Shown in pieces: positions 26,825-39,570 of a DNA stretch of 64,000 bases. The notes beneath the pieces are model-generated. The model was not told where the DNA came from and did no database searches. It was given only the letters and a program-made list of their open reading frames with translations. The first letter of the stretch is position 1. Every line of letters begins with the position of its first letter. A program made the translations under genes and the position numbers. Source of the stretch: Octopus vulgaris (lineage: Eukaryota); contig OX597821.1 in the NCBI GenBank assembly GCA_951406725.2, positions 118,296,001 through 118,360,000 of the forward strand, given 5' to 3'.

Positions 26825-27180
26825 TAAGGCGCGGCTGTGTGGTAAGAACTTTGTTTCTGGGTTCAGTTCCGCTGGGTGGCACCTTGAGCAAGTGTTTTCT
26901 ACTAATTTCCGGGCCGACCAAAGCCTAGTCAGTGGATTTTCTATACGGAAACTGAAAGAAACCCGTCGTATGTATGTATGTATATATGTATGTGTGTAGG
27001 TGTGTGTTTGTCCCCACCACCGCTTGATAACCGGTGTTGGTGTGTTTGCGTCTCTGTAACTTAGCGGTTCGGCAAGAGTGCCAGACTTAAGTACCGAGTC
27101 GATTCGTTCGACTAAAAAAAGAAAATCATCAAGGCAGTGCCCCAGCATGGCCGCAATCTAATAACTAAAACAAGAAAAAG
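26825..27180 (+). mobile_element. SINE family B (degenerate)
   Basis: ggcgcggctgtgtggtaag...cagcatggccgcaatc. Confidence 0.75.
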
Positions 27181-27564
27181 TTAAATAAATTTTCACTCTT
27201 CCACTTTTTTTTGTTTCATTTAATCTCTTACCAAAATAAAAATGGCGGCGAGGGTAGCAGGGCCGTCGTAGATGCGTTACGCGCCCCGGTTAAGCAACAC
27301 ATTGATGCCCTAAACATTTTATTCATAGATAGAGTAACACAGCTGGAGTGTGTCATTCCGGGGCAGCTCTTGACTCTGCTCCACCGACCCCTATACCGAA
27401 CTTTCAAGCCAACATAGGCTTATGATGCAGGCCCCAAAATGTCACCTCTTTCTTCACTCCCATCCTTAGCTAGGCCACTGGATTGATACAGTCTACAACA
27501 GCGGTTCGCAACCTAGCTCCATATAAGATTTTGTTGTTAAAATTTATTTGCAATAAATTGGTTA

Positions 27565-27781
27565 TATGGCGTAGTGGTTAAGAGTGCGGGCTGCTAACCC
27601 CAAGATTCAGAGTTCGATTCCAGGCAGTGACCTGAAAAATAATAATAGAATCGAAACATATCTTAGGGAAAGAGAACCCAAGTTCGAAATTTCCCTAGGA
27701 CACCTGAAGAAGGCTGGAGAGTATATCAGCTGAAACGTTGTGTTAACAACAAACAAGATGAGGACAAATATCCGTGAAATG
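27565..27781 (+). mobile_element. tRNA-headed SINE ending in a hammerhead-ribozyme module
   Basis: A box tggcgtagtgg, anticodon-like arm ggg-ctgctaa-ccc, B box gagttcgattcc, HHR at 27699-27744; 11-bp TSD taaattggtta. Confidence 0.75.
27699..27744 (+). ncRNA. minimal type I hammerhead ribozyme motif
   Basis: Stem I gacac/gtgtt, CTGAAGA 27704-27710, stem II ggctgg/tcagct, GAAA 27732-27735, palindromic ACGT stem III, GUU cleavage triplet. Confidence 0.7.
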
Positions 27782-27796
27782 TAAATTGGTTACAGT

Positions 27797-28160
27797 CTTT
27801 TATTCTTTTACTTGTTACAGTCATTTGACTGCGGCCACGCTGGAGCACCGCCTTTAGTCGAACAAATCGACCCCGGGACCTATTCTTTGTAAACCCAGTA
27901 CTTATTCTATAGGTATCTTTTGCCGAACAGCTAATTTACGGGGACGTTAACACACCACCATCGGTTCTCAAGCGATAGTGGACACACACACACATATACG
28001 ACGGGCTTCTTTCAGTTTCCGCCCACCAAATCCACTCACAAGGCTTTGGTCGGCCCGAGGTTATAGTGGAAGACACTTGCCCAAAGTGCAAATCAGTGGG
28101 ATTGAACCCGGAACCATGTGGTTGGGAAGCAAGCTTTTTACTACATAGCCACTCCTGCAC
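27797..28160 (-). mobile_element. SINE family B
   Basis: Full family B match. Confidence 0.85.
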
Positions 28161-29174
28161 CAAACATTTTTTCAAATATAATTCTTCATAATATTTAATT
28201 ATGAAAATATATTGGAATTTTTTTTAACACTGAATGGTCATGAGGATCCATCTGAGAAAAACATGAACGAAAGGGGTCCACAGGAAAAAAAAAATTTGGT
28301 TGAGATCCACTGATTTACAGCATACACAGAGTATCGAGATCAATATCGTGCCCCTCTATCCGTGCCCACCCCGACAACTGCGCAGTGTGCCCATTCTTTA
28401 AGGCGGCATCCATAAAATATAAGAATGAGTACCGCGACTTTTAGGAAATCCTATAAAAGGTTCGGCGACGGAATGAATTTAGAATCGACATGTACAATTG
28501 GTCTTCCTAGCTGTGTATCCGTGCATAAGCAACAGTTAGCTGTCTGCAGTCTCATATCAACAGAAACAACAGCCTTCTGCACTCGGTTTTCTAATGCATA
28601 AACATCGTATATTTTTATGGATATTATTTAAGAGGGTTGCTGTATAGGTGTGTGTGTGTGTGTGGGGGGGAGAACGACTTTGCCATCTTGGTTTATGCAT
28701 ACCAGTAGCCCTCTCTTTGAGTTTCTCTCTTCTTTTGTGATGAGAAAACGCGTCGGGATGGCCAAAGCTGAAACGCCGTAGATTATACGACTGTTTGCTT
28801 GAATTGGATTCCCTTGAGGGAAAATATGGGATTGCCACCCCCACCCCTCCTCCCCCTCCTACTACTACTACTTCCGTAACTACACGTGCCAACGAGGTAA
28901 TTAAACCGTTTGACCTGCTTCTGCCTTATTTGACAACCAAATCTACATTAAATAATATTCTGTTATTGAAAAGGATGTGTTATGAAAAGGATGTTGAATA
29001 ACTTAGTCCTAGATGTACAATGTAAAAAAAACAAACAAAAAAACGGGATGGTCACGGCAGGAATGTTTTAGCTCACAGGTCTGTTACTGAGGACCAGTTT
29101 CCTCAACGCACTTTTGCCTAAAAGTTATAAGTTTCTTTGATAACAAACTTACAAATATAACAGACCGAAAGACA

Positions 29175-29336
29175 GAAGACAGACAGACAGATAGATAGAT
29201 AGACAAATAGATAGACAGACAGACAGACACACAAATAGATAGACAGACAGACAGACACACAAATAGAAAGATAGATAGATAAAGAGACAGACAGACAGAT
29301 AGATAGATAGACAGGCAGACAAATAGATAGATAGAC

Positions 29337-29419
<83 letters not shown>

Positions 29420-29520
29420 CAGACAGATAGACAGACAGATAGATAGACAAATAGACAGACAGACAGATAGATAGATAGATAGGCAGACGGACGGACGGAT
29501 AGACAGGCAGATAGACAAAC

Positions 29521-29564
<44 letters not shown>

Positions 29565-29582
29565 GTGTCTAGACAGATGGAT
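29175..29582. repeat. (GATA)n/(GACA)n microsatellite
   Basis: Direct reading. Confidence 0.95.
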
Positions 29583-31064
29583 AAAATAGAAAGATAGAGA
29601 GAAAGAGAAAGAGAGGAAAGAGAAATTAGAAGAAATACATATATACATATATTTATATGTGTACGTGTGCGCGCGCGTATATAAAATTTGCAAACTCACC
29701 TAAATTGAAGATCCAAAACTCATCTTTCAGTTATTAATACCAATTAATATTTGTAAACAACCGATAAATTAAATCTTTTTCAAAACAATCTTTCGCTAGT
29801 GTTGGTTAGTTCACGAGATATTTATATAAACAAGAGATAAAAATCACAACTGTTTAGAAGCGATATAAATAAAAACACAGAAAGACGGCGCTAATTATGG
29901 TAAAATTCCTTGCTTCCTCGTACAACACACAAAAACAGCGATTAAAGAATTATAAAATTTGAGAAATTCGTCTCTCTCTCTCTTTCTTTATCTTTTCTTT
30001 TTTTTTTTTCTATTGTCCCCTTCGCTGTGGTTCCTTAATCTTATTACTGCTGTACTTTTTTTTTAACCGTGAGAGACTTCTTATAATAGTAGTAACAGAA
30101 GTTAATATGGTCAGAGTCGGAAGTGGTTGTAATAGTAGTAGTAGTGGTGGTGCTTGTTTTTGTTGTTACTATATATGTTGGTTTTTAAAGTTTGGTGCGA
30201 TTATTCCTTTCGTGTTCGGCTCTATGTCATATCTTTCTTTACTTCCTTCTTTTAGTTTGGAGTGATAAGTAATACCATAATTAGAAACTTTACGTAATTA
30301 AAACAAGCACTCACTCACAATGTAAACACTTCCCAACTACAAAAAGCTTTTCTTATTTAAATCAGAAGTGCAGAAGTTGAAGTATCAGTGATGAGACATA
30401 CACTTCTATGTACTTTAGGTATATATATACACATGTATATTTATATATACATATTTGTCTCTAAAATAAATTTCTAAAAATCAATATATTGATGACGAAA
30501 TCGTGTACGGAATGTAACATCTAGATTCAGATTAAATGTGCGACGGCAAAAGTTTGGATACTAAAACAATGTTTGTTGATATAATGCCGCTAATAAATTA
30601 ATAAATTGTTGTTTAATTATTCTGGATATAAATACCGGTAAAAGTTATATTGTTTGTCGTTAGCAACAGGAAAGCTGATATAGTTGCGAACAGATGGATA
30701 CGTGGCAAATGTTGGAGATGAAAAAACAAACAAACAAAAAGCAAAAGTCCTGCCCAGATGTTCGTCCGTCCTGTGCGGTCGCTTTGACTGCTAGCAGTAA
30801 TAAGTAGGCAGGGTATAGCTAGTGTATGGAGGCCTGAGAGGATCATAATACGTGAGTTTTAGATGCAGGCTTACAAGGGTCCCTTTGTGAAAAGTTCTGA
30901 TATTCCTCACAGACTTTTATGTAATGGCATTTCGTATGCAGGCTCGTACGAAAGATAAACAGCAACGTTTTATATATATAAACTACGTTTATGTATTTCG
31001 TTTGCAAGATTCCTGATGTGAAACCGTGCGTTGAATCAGATATTGTTTTTTTCTTTTTTTCCCC

Positions 31065-32823
31065 TTCTTTTCATTTGCTTCAGCCACTTGACTGCGGCCA
31101 TACTGGAGCACCGCCTTTAGTCGAACAAATCAATCCTAGGACTTATTTTGGAAGTTTAGTTCTTATTCTCTCGGTCTCTTAAACCGAAAACACACCAACA
31201 CATACATACATACATACATACATACATACATACATACATACATACATACATACATACATACATACATACACACACATGCATTCATTCATATATACATATA
31301 TGCATACATACATACATACATGAATGCATACATACATATATACATATATACATACATACATACATATATACATGCATGCATACATACATACATACACATA
31401 TGCATACATACATACATACATGCATGCATGCATACATACATGCATACATACATACATACATACATACATACATACATACATGCATACATACATACATACA
31501 TACATACATGCATACATATATACATACATACATGCATACACACATATATACATACATGCATACATACATACATGCATACATATATACATACATACATGCA
31601 TACATACATATATACATACATACATGCATACATACATATATACATACATACATGCATACATATATACATGCATGCATACATACATACATGCATACATACA
31701 TACATACATACATGCATACATACATACATGCATACATACATACATGCATACATACATATATACATACATACATGCATACATACATATATACATACATACA
31801 TACGTACATACATACATACATGCATACATACATACATGCATACATACATACATACATACATACATACATACATACATACATGCATACATATATACATGCA
31901 TGCATACATATATACATGCATACATACATATATACATGCATGCATACATACATACATGCATACATACATACATACATACATGCATACATACATACATGCA
32001 TACATACATACATGCATACATACATATATACATACATACATGCATACATACATATATACATACATACATACATACATATATACATACATACATACATATA
32101 TACATACATACATGCATACATACATATATACATACATACATGCATACATACATATATACATACATACATGCATACATACATATATACATACATACATGCA
32201 TACATATATACATGCATACATACATATATACATACATACATGCATACATACGTACATACATACATACATGCATACATACATACATGCATACATACATACA
32301 TACATACATACATACATACATACATACATGCATACATATATACATGCATGCATACATATATACATGCATACATACATATATACATGCATGCATACATACA
32401 TACATGCATACATACATACATACATACATGCATACATACATACATGCATACATACATACATGCATACATACATATATACATACATACATGCATACATACA
32501 TATATACATGCATACATACATACATGCATACATACATACATACATACATACATGCATACATATATACATGCATGCATACATACATGCATACGTACATATA
32601 TACATACATGCATGCTTACATACACACACACACGCACATATTTATATATATACATATATATGGCAGGCTTCTTTCAGTTTCCGTCTACCAAATCCACTCA
32701 CAAGGCTCTTGCTGGCCTGAGGTTATAGTAGAAAACACTTGCCTAAGGTGTCACGCAGTGAGACTGAACCCAGAACTATGTGGTTGGGAAGCAAGTTTCT
32801 TACCCCACAGCCACTCCTGCACC
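31065..32823 (-). mobile_element. SINE family B with a greatly expanded internal microsatellite
   Basis: Family B 3' half at 31065-31200 and head half at 32660-32823 bracket the array. Confidence 0.8.
31200..32660. repeat. 1.45-kb (CATA)n array with CATG/TATA/CGTA variants
   Basis: Direct reading; a higher-order block recurs at 31801 and 32249. Confidence 0.95.
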
Positions 32824-32852
32824 TATTTGCCATATAAGCACACGCACTATAT

Positions 32853-33322
32853 ATTCGTTTTTCACTTCAGATTTATTTTAATATCGTTCTGATTTCATGT
32901 CTTATGTCTGGAAATCTTTCGTCCCACGCCCTGTGACCTCTTCAGCGATCATCCATCCCACGCGTCTCCTCTTTTCCGGTTTAGTCCATTTTGTTTTTCT
33001 GTGGTGTGTATCTTTATCTGCGCAAGCATTTGTGTCTGTATCTGTGAGTGTGTGTGTGTGTGCGCGTGCGTGCGTGCGTGCCTGCTCATGTTTATGTGTT
33101 TTGTATGTGTGAATATACACATGCACGCACACACAGACACACACAGAGATGTAGACGCAAAAGTCATGCGGAGATAAAGCTAGACATGATAGAAAGATAA
33201 AATGGAAGAGACATGTGGGATGGAGAGTCGCTGAAGAGGTCACAGGGCGTGTAACGAAAGGTTTCCTAACATAAGACGTAAAATATGAATGATACTGAAA
33301 TAAATCTGGAGTAAAGAACGAG
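32853..33322. mobile_element. palindromic element with ~120-bp inverted arms, each carrying CTGAAGA...GAAA
   Basis: cacgccctgtgacctcttcagcga / tcgctgaagaggtcacagggcgtg; the arms extend to ttcagatttatt / aataaatctgga. Confidence 0.75.
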
Positions 33323-33539
33323 TTTACAAGGTAAAAAAAAAAAATTATTAAAAAATGACCATTCCGAAATATAGCAATATGTGATAAAACAAATATTTAA
33401 AAAGTGGTTTAGAAACTGGCTTTGTAGTTACATGTCTTCAAGTTCAGTCGCACTGCACGGCACCTTGGGCTACTATAGTCTCTGGCCGACCAACGGCATG
33501 TGAGTCAATTCGGTTGACAGAAACTTCATGGGAACTCAA

Positions 33540-33584
33540 CGTACATACATGCATAGATAGATACATAAGTACATAGATAGACAT

Positions 33585-33639
<55 letters not shown>

Positions 33640-33741
33640 CATGCATACATACATACATACATACATACATACATACATAATACATACATGCATACATACA
33701 TATATACGTACATGCATACATACATGCATACATGCATACAT

Positions 33742-33772
<31 letters not shown>

Positions 33773-33885
33773 TATATACACGCACACACATACATACATA
33801 CATACACACACACATATATACACGCACACACATACATACATACATACATATATACATACATACATATATACACACATACATACTC
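33540..33885. repeat. compound (GATA)n/(CATA)n/(CA)n microsatellite after a SINE B head
   Basis: Direct reading; SINE B-like 33420-33540 upstream. Confidence 0.9.
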
Positions 33886-34344
33886 GTAATTCAACATTGC
33901 CGTCTGCCGGAGCTGATGAAATCCCAACTGACATAATCAGTGCATTTTTAGCCATCTACACGAGATAATTTCTCAGGACATATGACGCAGTCCTAGGCGT
34001 CATAAACACATCCAAGTTAGGTTGGATGTGCTTACACACATTTTTTTTTTCTGTGTCCCTTTCTGTAGAAGAGCGTAGGCCGAAACGTAAAAGACTTTCT
34101 ATTCCTGAGCGTTATACTAATACATCTGTTTGTTTTGTACACCACCTGCCTTCGTCTTTTTTTTGTGAACTCTCCCTATGTATGTATGTATGTATTTATG
34201 TATGTATATGTGTGTGTGTCTATATATATGATTTTCAAAAACTGTTTGTTTATCTGCTTGTCAAACCACATTTCATATCTCATTTTTATTTTAAAATATA
34301 CAATTTCAAGATGGATATAATACCAAAATCCCTTTATATAATTG

Positions 34345-34936
34345 TGTAACGACTTGTGGTTATCTTCTCTGGACCTTTTGGGGGTGCGAGAAGCAATCAC
34401 TTTCCGTTGCTTTAATAATCCAGATTCTCTACCAGTCAGAAACAACAAGACGCAGACGTAAATAATATATATCTACTTTATTCTCTTATGACAGTAACAG
34501 ATAAGTGGTATATCTGGGTATCCCTTTGGTATAGATGTGTCAGAGCTGAACTATATCGCTGTAGAATCTACAGTGTTCAAATGCTAACGACACTGGTCAA
34601 AGATGGCGTCCGGAAAGAGGAAGATGATGTTGTCTGCAACAATTTGGTTAAAGCCTTCGGCCGACTGCTATCAAAAATGGACAGCGAGAAAATATACGTC
34701 CGTTGCCTTCGGTCGCTTTGTCTCAAGTCAATGACTGCTGCTGGACGCTAGTGGTCAACGTCCTACGATCCCCCTGCCTCGGCTAACTGCCACGTAGGCA
34801 AAAAGGTCCTTCTTCCGGTGCTTCGCGCATGCGCGAGAGGGCCCTTCCTCTCTGCCTTGGTGAAGGCACCAACACCGCACGCGCGAAATAGAAATGGACG
34901 GTGCGCGTGCGCGCACCGTTATATAGAATCACTACA
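34345..34936 (-). mobile_element. solo LTR (probably Gypsy-type)
   Basis: Starts TGTAACGA, ends TCACTACA, 4-bp TSD ATTG on both sides, GC-richer, AATAAA on the minus strand near 34480. Confidence 0.8.
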
Positions 34937-36428
34937 ATTGCAAACAGGTAATACAAGACATCCTGATTTTCTGACCCATGTGAGAACTCCTACGTGATGT
35001 GATCATACGGCATGTTGAAAATAGCGACTAAATTTCTCTGTTGTATTAAAAATAAAGGATATATTTGATTATGTAGACTGATGTAATTTCGTTTTTGCAT
35101 TTGGTTAACAAACTCTGTCTCTGTCTGTCTGTCTCTCTCTCTCTCACATCTATACAGCTATATAAATATAGGCCCCCAACATTTAGGGAAAGATAGGCGG
35201 ACATACCTTAAGCTGACTTGAAGTAGAGAGGTTATGTCACTAAAGATGTCGTGAATGGCAACAAAACAACTTTGGCAAACATGACTGATTAAGTGATTAA
35301 CTTGATGATTAAGCAATCAATCGATTGGTTAATTGGTTAAATAGTTAACCATCTGCCGAATGATAAAGAAGTGAAATAGAAACAGTACGTGAATTTATCA
35401 GTGGCATAATGACCCTTCTGAGATACAACGTAGTCTGATATAAGAAGTTATAAAAAGACAAACTGGTCACGACTACCATGTGTTTTACCATAAGCCTGCT
35501 AGACCAGGGCAGCCTCTGGTGCTAAACGATACTGGAGTAATCCTTGTACTCAATCCACAGACCACGGATAGTAAACATCAGTAAAGGTTTTATTTATATT
35601 ATCTTCGTCCATGAAGGTTGACCATGTTTCTTGACATCTATGTGCAGAGCTGAGCAAGATTCATTGAAAAAAGGACTGGTCAGTGGTGTAGCTAGAGCGT
35701 GTGCCGCCTGGGGCAGCCCTTGTGTCATAACAGTATGCACATGTACAACATGGAACCTTCGCAATACTTTGTGGAATATTCCGTTTTTGTAAACAGTCAC
35801 CCACCCCCCATAAAAGCGCTACTCGAAGCGGACTACCCCGGTCTCCCCATCTAGACTTGCAGTTGCATGAACGTAAGTTTTCCTTGTCTTTGTCACGCCC
35901 TCCTTGGCGCTCTCTAGCACATGGTGCCTCAGGCTATTGCCCGAGTTGCCAGTACCTTGATCTGGCCCTCGTCAGTACACACACGATCGAGATTTTCATT
36001 TCTTGTTCAATGTAAGCACAAAACGTGAGATCATCTATGTATGAGTGCAACATGACAATTGTCATTATTTACAAAATACTTTAACAATGAAATGCTGACT
36101 CTTAACAGCTTTCTTTTTATTAACTTGTAATCATGTTCAATACTTACTTTACATAAAATACCTGTTTTGTAAAAACCAAAATACAAATGGGGTACGTGCA
36201 CAGAAACCTATCAATCGAACCATGACATCCTAGTTGGGGACTGATATCATACCCTTCAGCTGGTATAATGTATTTAAAAAATTATAAAAAAATCTATGTA
36301 TAAGTACATTTAGAATATAATCTATTTTATGAAATGTAAATGTATAATGTGCTTAGACTTCGGTTCCATCTCCAGGCTGTTCCATTTTATAGATGCAAAT
36401 ATAAATATATTCTGAAATCTGAAAAATC

Positions 36429-38832
36429 CAGGAGTTGTAAATAATTGATTGGAACCTTCTCAATCAATTATTTTCTTAGCAATCAATTGATTTTAATTGG
36501 AATACAGGCCAATCAATTATTGCAATTTGTTGCAATTAATTGTCAGTTATTTTACTGAACGTAAAAACATCATATATTTTGGAGTGTTAGCTTCGATTTA
36601 GATAAGAACCAAAATGATAAGAAAATAAAAGGCACGTCTTATAGTTTCAAAAAACATGATTATCAGAAAACGTTCAAAGATCAATTTTATTGATTTAGAA
36701 TAGGAAACAAACAACATTATACTCTACATTGTACAGAAGTTGAAAAACAAATAAATTGAAAGTCTATAATTGAAAGAGTTTCTCAAAGGAGTAACACATT
36801 TAAAATGTTCTAATATAGCAAAAGGTCACGAATGATTTCAGATTTTTGAAACTAGTCCTTCATCCCAGAAAGCGCGATTGACGTTTAGAAATAATTGCTT
36901 TTCTAAATTCATTGGCGTTAATTATTGCCGAAAAATCATTAAAAGCGTAACCTGCTGAGCTGAAGAAATGTTCCAAGATGTCGGACATTGGTAACAAAAA
37001 TCTACAGTTCAGATATTGCTGAAATGAAATTTTATCTTTTTTGTGTTTTTTCAAACAAGTTGAAGCAAAATCATCATCTTCTACAGGTAAATCAGACTGC
37101 TGTGACGTGACTGTCACCCCTTTCAGCTGATGTAGAGCAGCAGCCACTTCATCCGCAGGTAGCTCTGCTTCTGCATTTTGTAAAATTTTCACAACTCCAC
37201 TTTCAAAATTTGGGCTGTGCACAATGGCTGCCGATGGAAGCAAATATTTCAAAAAATCCTCGTAAGGATACAATGCGAGAATTTCGTAAAAAAGAATTCG
37301 AGCAGCTCCCAATTCTATTTCTGTTCTTTGCAAGGCGACTGTTACTGAGCGTAACTTTCCGAAATTGTCTTTTATAGTCTGCAGATCATTATGATCACAT
37401 GGAGACAGCAGATACTCAACCAGCTTTGGATCGCCTTGAAAAGATTCTAAAAATAGCTTGAGTTAGATGTACCTCTCAATCATGTCATGTTGCAAAGACG
37501 TTTTTTCCCGAGGTTTACTCGCAAGTTTTAATGATTTTTGCTTACCCATCAACGTTTTAATCTTATCATACAGAACTTCCTGCTTGTCTAGAATAAGCAG
37601 AAACAACTAAATTGAATTTATGAGAGGCACATCCAATCAATGTTATTCTACACAAATTCGCTATAGGTTTTTTCACTTCAGTATTACCTCCAGTAATAGC
37701 TACAACATTTTCTTAATTTTTGTTATAGAAACTTAACACATACACGACATAATCAGAAGTAGTGAACGATGTTTCATTTACCATTGGCGAAAATGCCAGC
37801 AAAATAGTGCAATAATCATTTTGATAATTGCACGAAGAAGATGCCAGAAGTCCAATGAAATGCGTCGAGCCCTTAGTCCAACCGTCGATTACTAACGAAA
37901 ATTTACCTGGAAGTTCATCAGATATTTTCTTTTCCACTTCTTGAGTAAGTTTCCCCATGTATTTCTTTAAGTTCACATTTGTCATACTTTCCAAGTTTGT
38001 GCACTTACGAGTCAGTGGGTCTTCAATAAAATAAAATGGTTTTAAACCAACACATACCCTCTCAAACCACCATAAACATTTAAAACCGAGCGACTGACCA
38101 AACTAATTCTTGGTGAAAGAAAACTCAATAAAGATGGTTGTCCAGTTGCTTGTGTAGTAGAATACTCTGGTAGCTGTTTTTTTTGTATATGATACAGAAG
38201 ATTTGTTCATTCAGTTACTTTTTTCTGGGTCAACTTTTTTCCGCACTTGCATTTCCATATATGTTCATTGTCTAGTTAAAATATTTTCTGAGAACTTGCT
38301 CGTTTTCACGCGGCATGGGTTACTTTAAAATAAAAGATATTTCGCCACAGTTTCAAATAGTATATACTTCGCCACTCCGCTGATGAAAATCTGATTCAGT
38401 TAATATGCTGGAGCGGAATTCAAAATACAACCGCGTTGCAGGCGAAGTTAGGATTGAATGACTTGAAGACGGAATGTGTGAATCATTCTCGACAGTCAGA
38501 ACCAAGAATCACTCGGCAGCGATTATTTGACAACATACAAAATAGCCAATTCCTAAGCACGACAAAATGTATGAATCATTCTCAGCAGCCAGAACAAAGT
38601 GCCAACACAATTCCTCAAATAATAACAGAACGCTGTATTTGCCAATTGAACGTCGAATGAAGTGTGAGCCATTTGAAAAACTTTCGCTGACAATGTTGCA
38701 ATTAACTGTAATTAATTGCAATTAATTGATATGATAGCAATCAATTGTTTTAATTGGCAGTACGACTCCAATAAATTAATTAGACCAATATAATGCGATT
38801 AATTTTTCATCAATTAATTTTTACAACCCCTA
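36429..38832 (-). mobile_element. hAT DNA transposon, decayed
   Basis: TIRs caggagttgtaaa / tttacaaccccta; subterminal caattaattg/aatcaatt repeats at both ends; no clear 8-bp TSD. Confidence 0.85.
36840..38316 (-). pseudogene. hAT transposase pseudogene
   Basis: BED-like WKCKCGKK...NLLYHI, FSLVIDGWT (catalytic D), GCASHKFN (CxxH) and LEHFFSSAG (ERxFS-like); frameshifted. Confidence 0.85.
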
Positions 38833-38879
38833 CTTACAACATGTTCAGTCCTAGAAATTTCGAATCGGATTCTCAAATG

Positions 38880-39010
<131 letters not shown>

Positions 39011-39209
39011 ATATGCGCGCGTGTGTGTGTGTATGTATAAGTATGTATGTACACACGCACACATACAAACACATATATGTATGTATCGATAGATAAGATA
39101 TATGTACACGTATACGTATACGTATACAATATGTACACTATCGGAAAAAATATTACTCAATAACATAGTAGAGCTTAATAAAATATTTTATTTGAGTTGA
39201 GTGATATAT

Positions 39210-39570
39210 ATTCTTTTATTCTTTTACTCGTTTCAGTCATTTTGACTGCAGCCATGCTGGAGCACCGCCTTTAGTCGAACAAACTCATTCTTTGTAAGCC
39301 TAGTACTTATTCTATCGGTCTCTTTTGCCGAACCGTTAAATTACGGGGAAGTAAACACTCGAACATTGTTGCCAAGCGATGGTGGGGTGACAAATACAGA
39401 CACACAAATATATACATATATGTGTTTATACGACGGGCTTCTTTCAGTTTCCGTCTGTCAACTCCACTCACAAAGCTTTGCTCGGCCCGAAGTTATAGTA
39501 GAAGACACTTGCCCAAAATTCTCCGCAGTGAGATTGGACTTAGAATCATGTGGTTGGGAAGCAAGCTTCT
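39210..39570 (-). mobile_element. SINE family B
   Basis: Family B match. Confidence 0.8.

Larger units (their letters stand above)
27499..28312. mobile_element. hAT (Charlie-like) MITE carrying two nested SINEs
   Basis: TIRs cagcggttcgcaacc / ggttgagatccactg; degenerate 8-bp flanks gtctacaa / atttacag. Confidence 0.65.

Noticed and set aside
27565-27632. tRNA-Ser(GCT) gene
   Set aside because: No acceptor stem or long variable arm and no oligo-T terminator; it continues into a TSD-flanked element, so it is a SINE head.
31179-32892. 450-520 aa ORFs (MYVC/HTYI repeats) in all six frames
   Set aside because: Artefact of the stop-free (CATA)n array. The same applies to ORFs at 5.2-5.6, 29.1-29.7, 33.4-34.0 and 38.8-39.2 kb.
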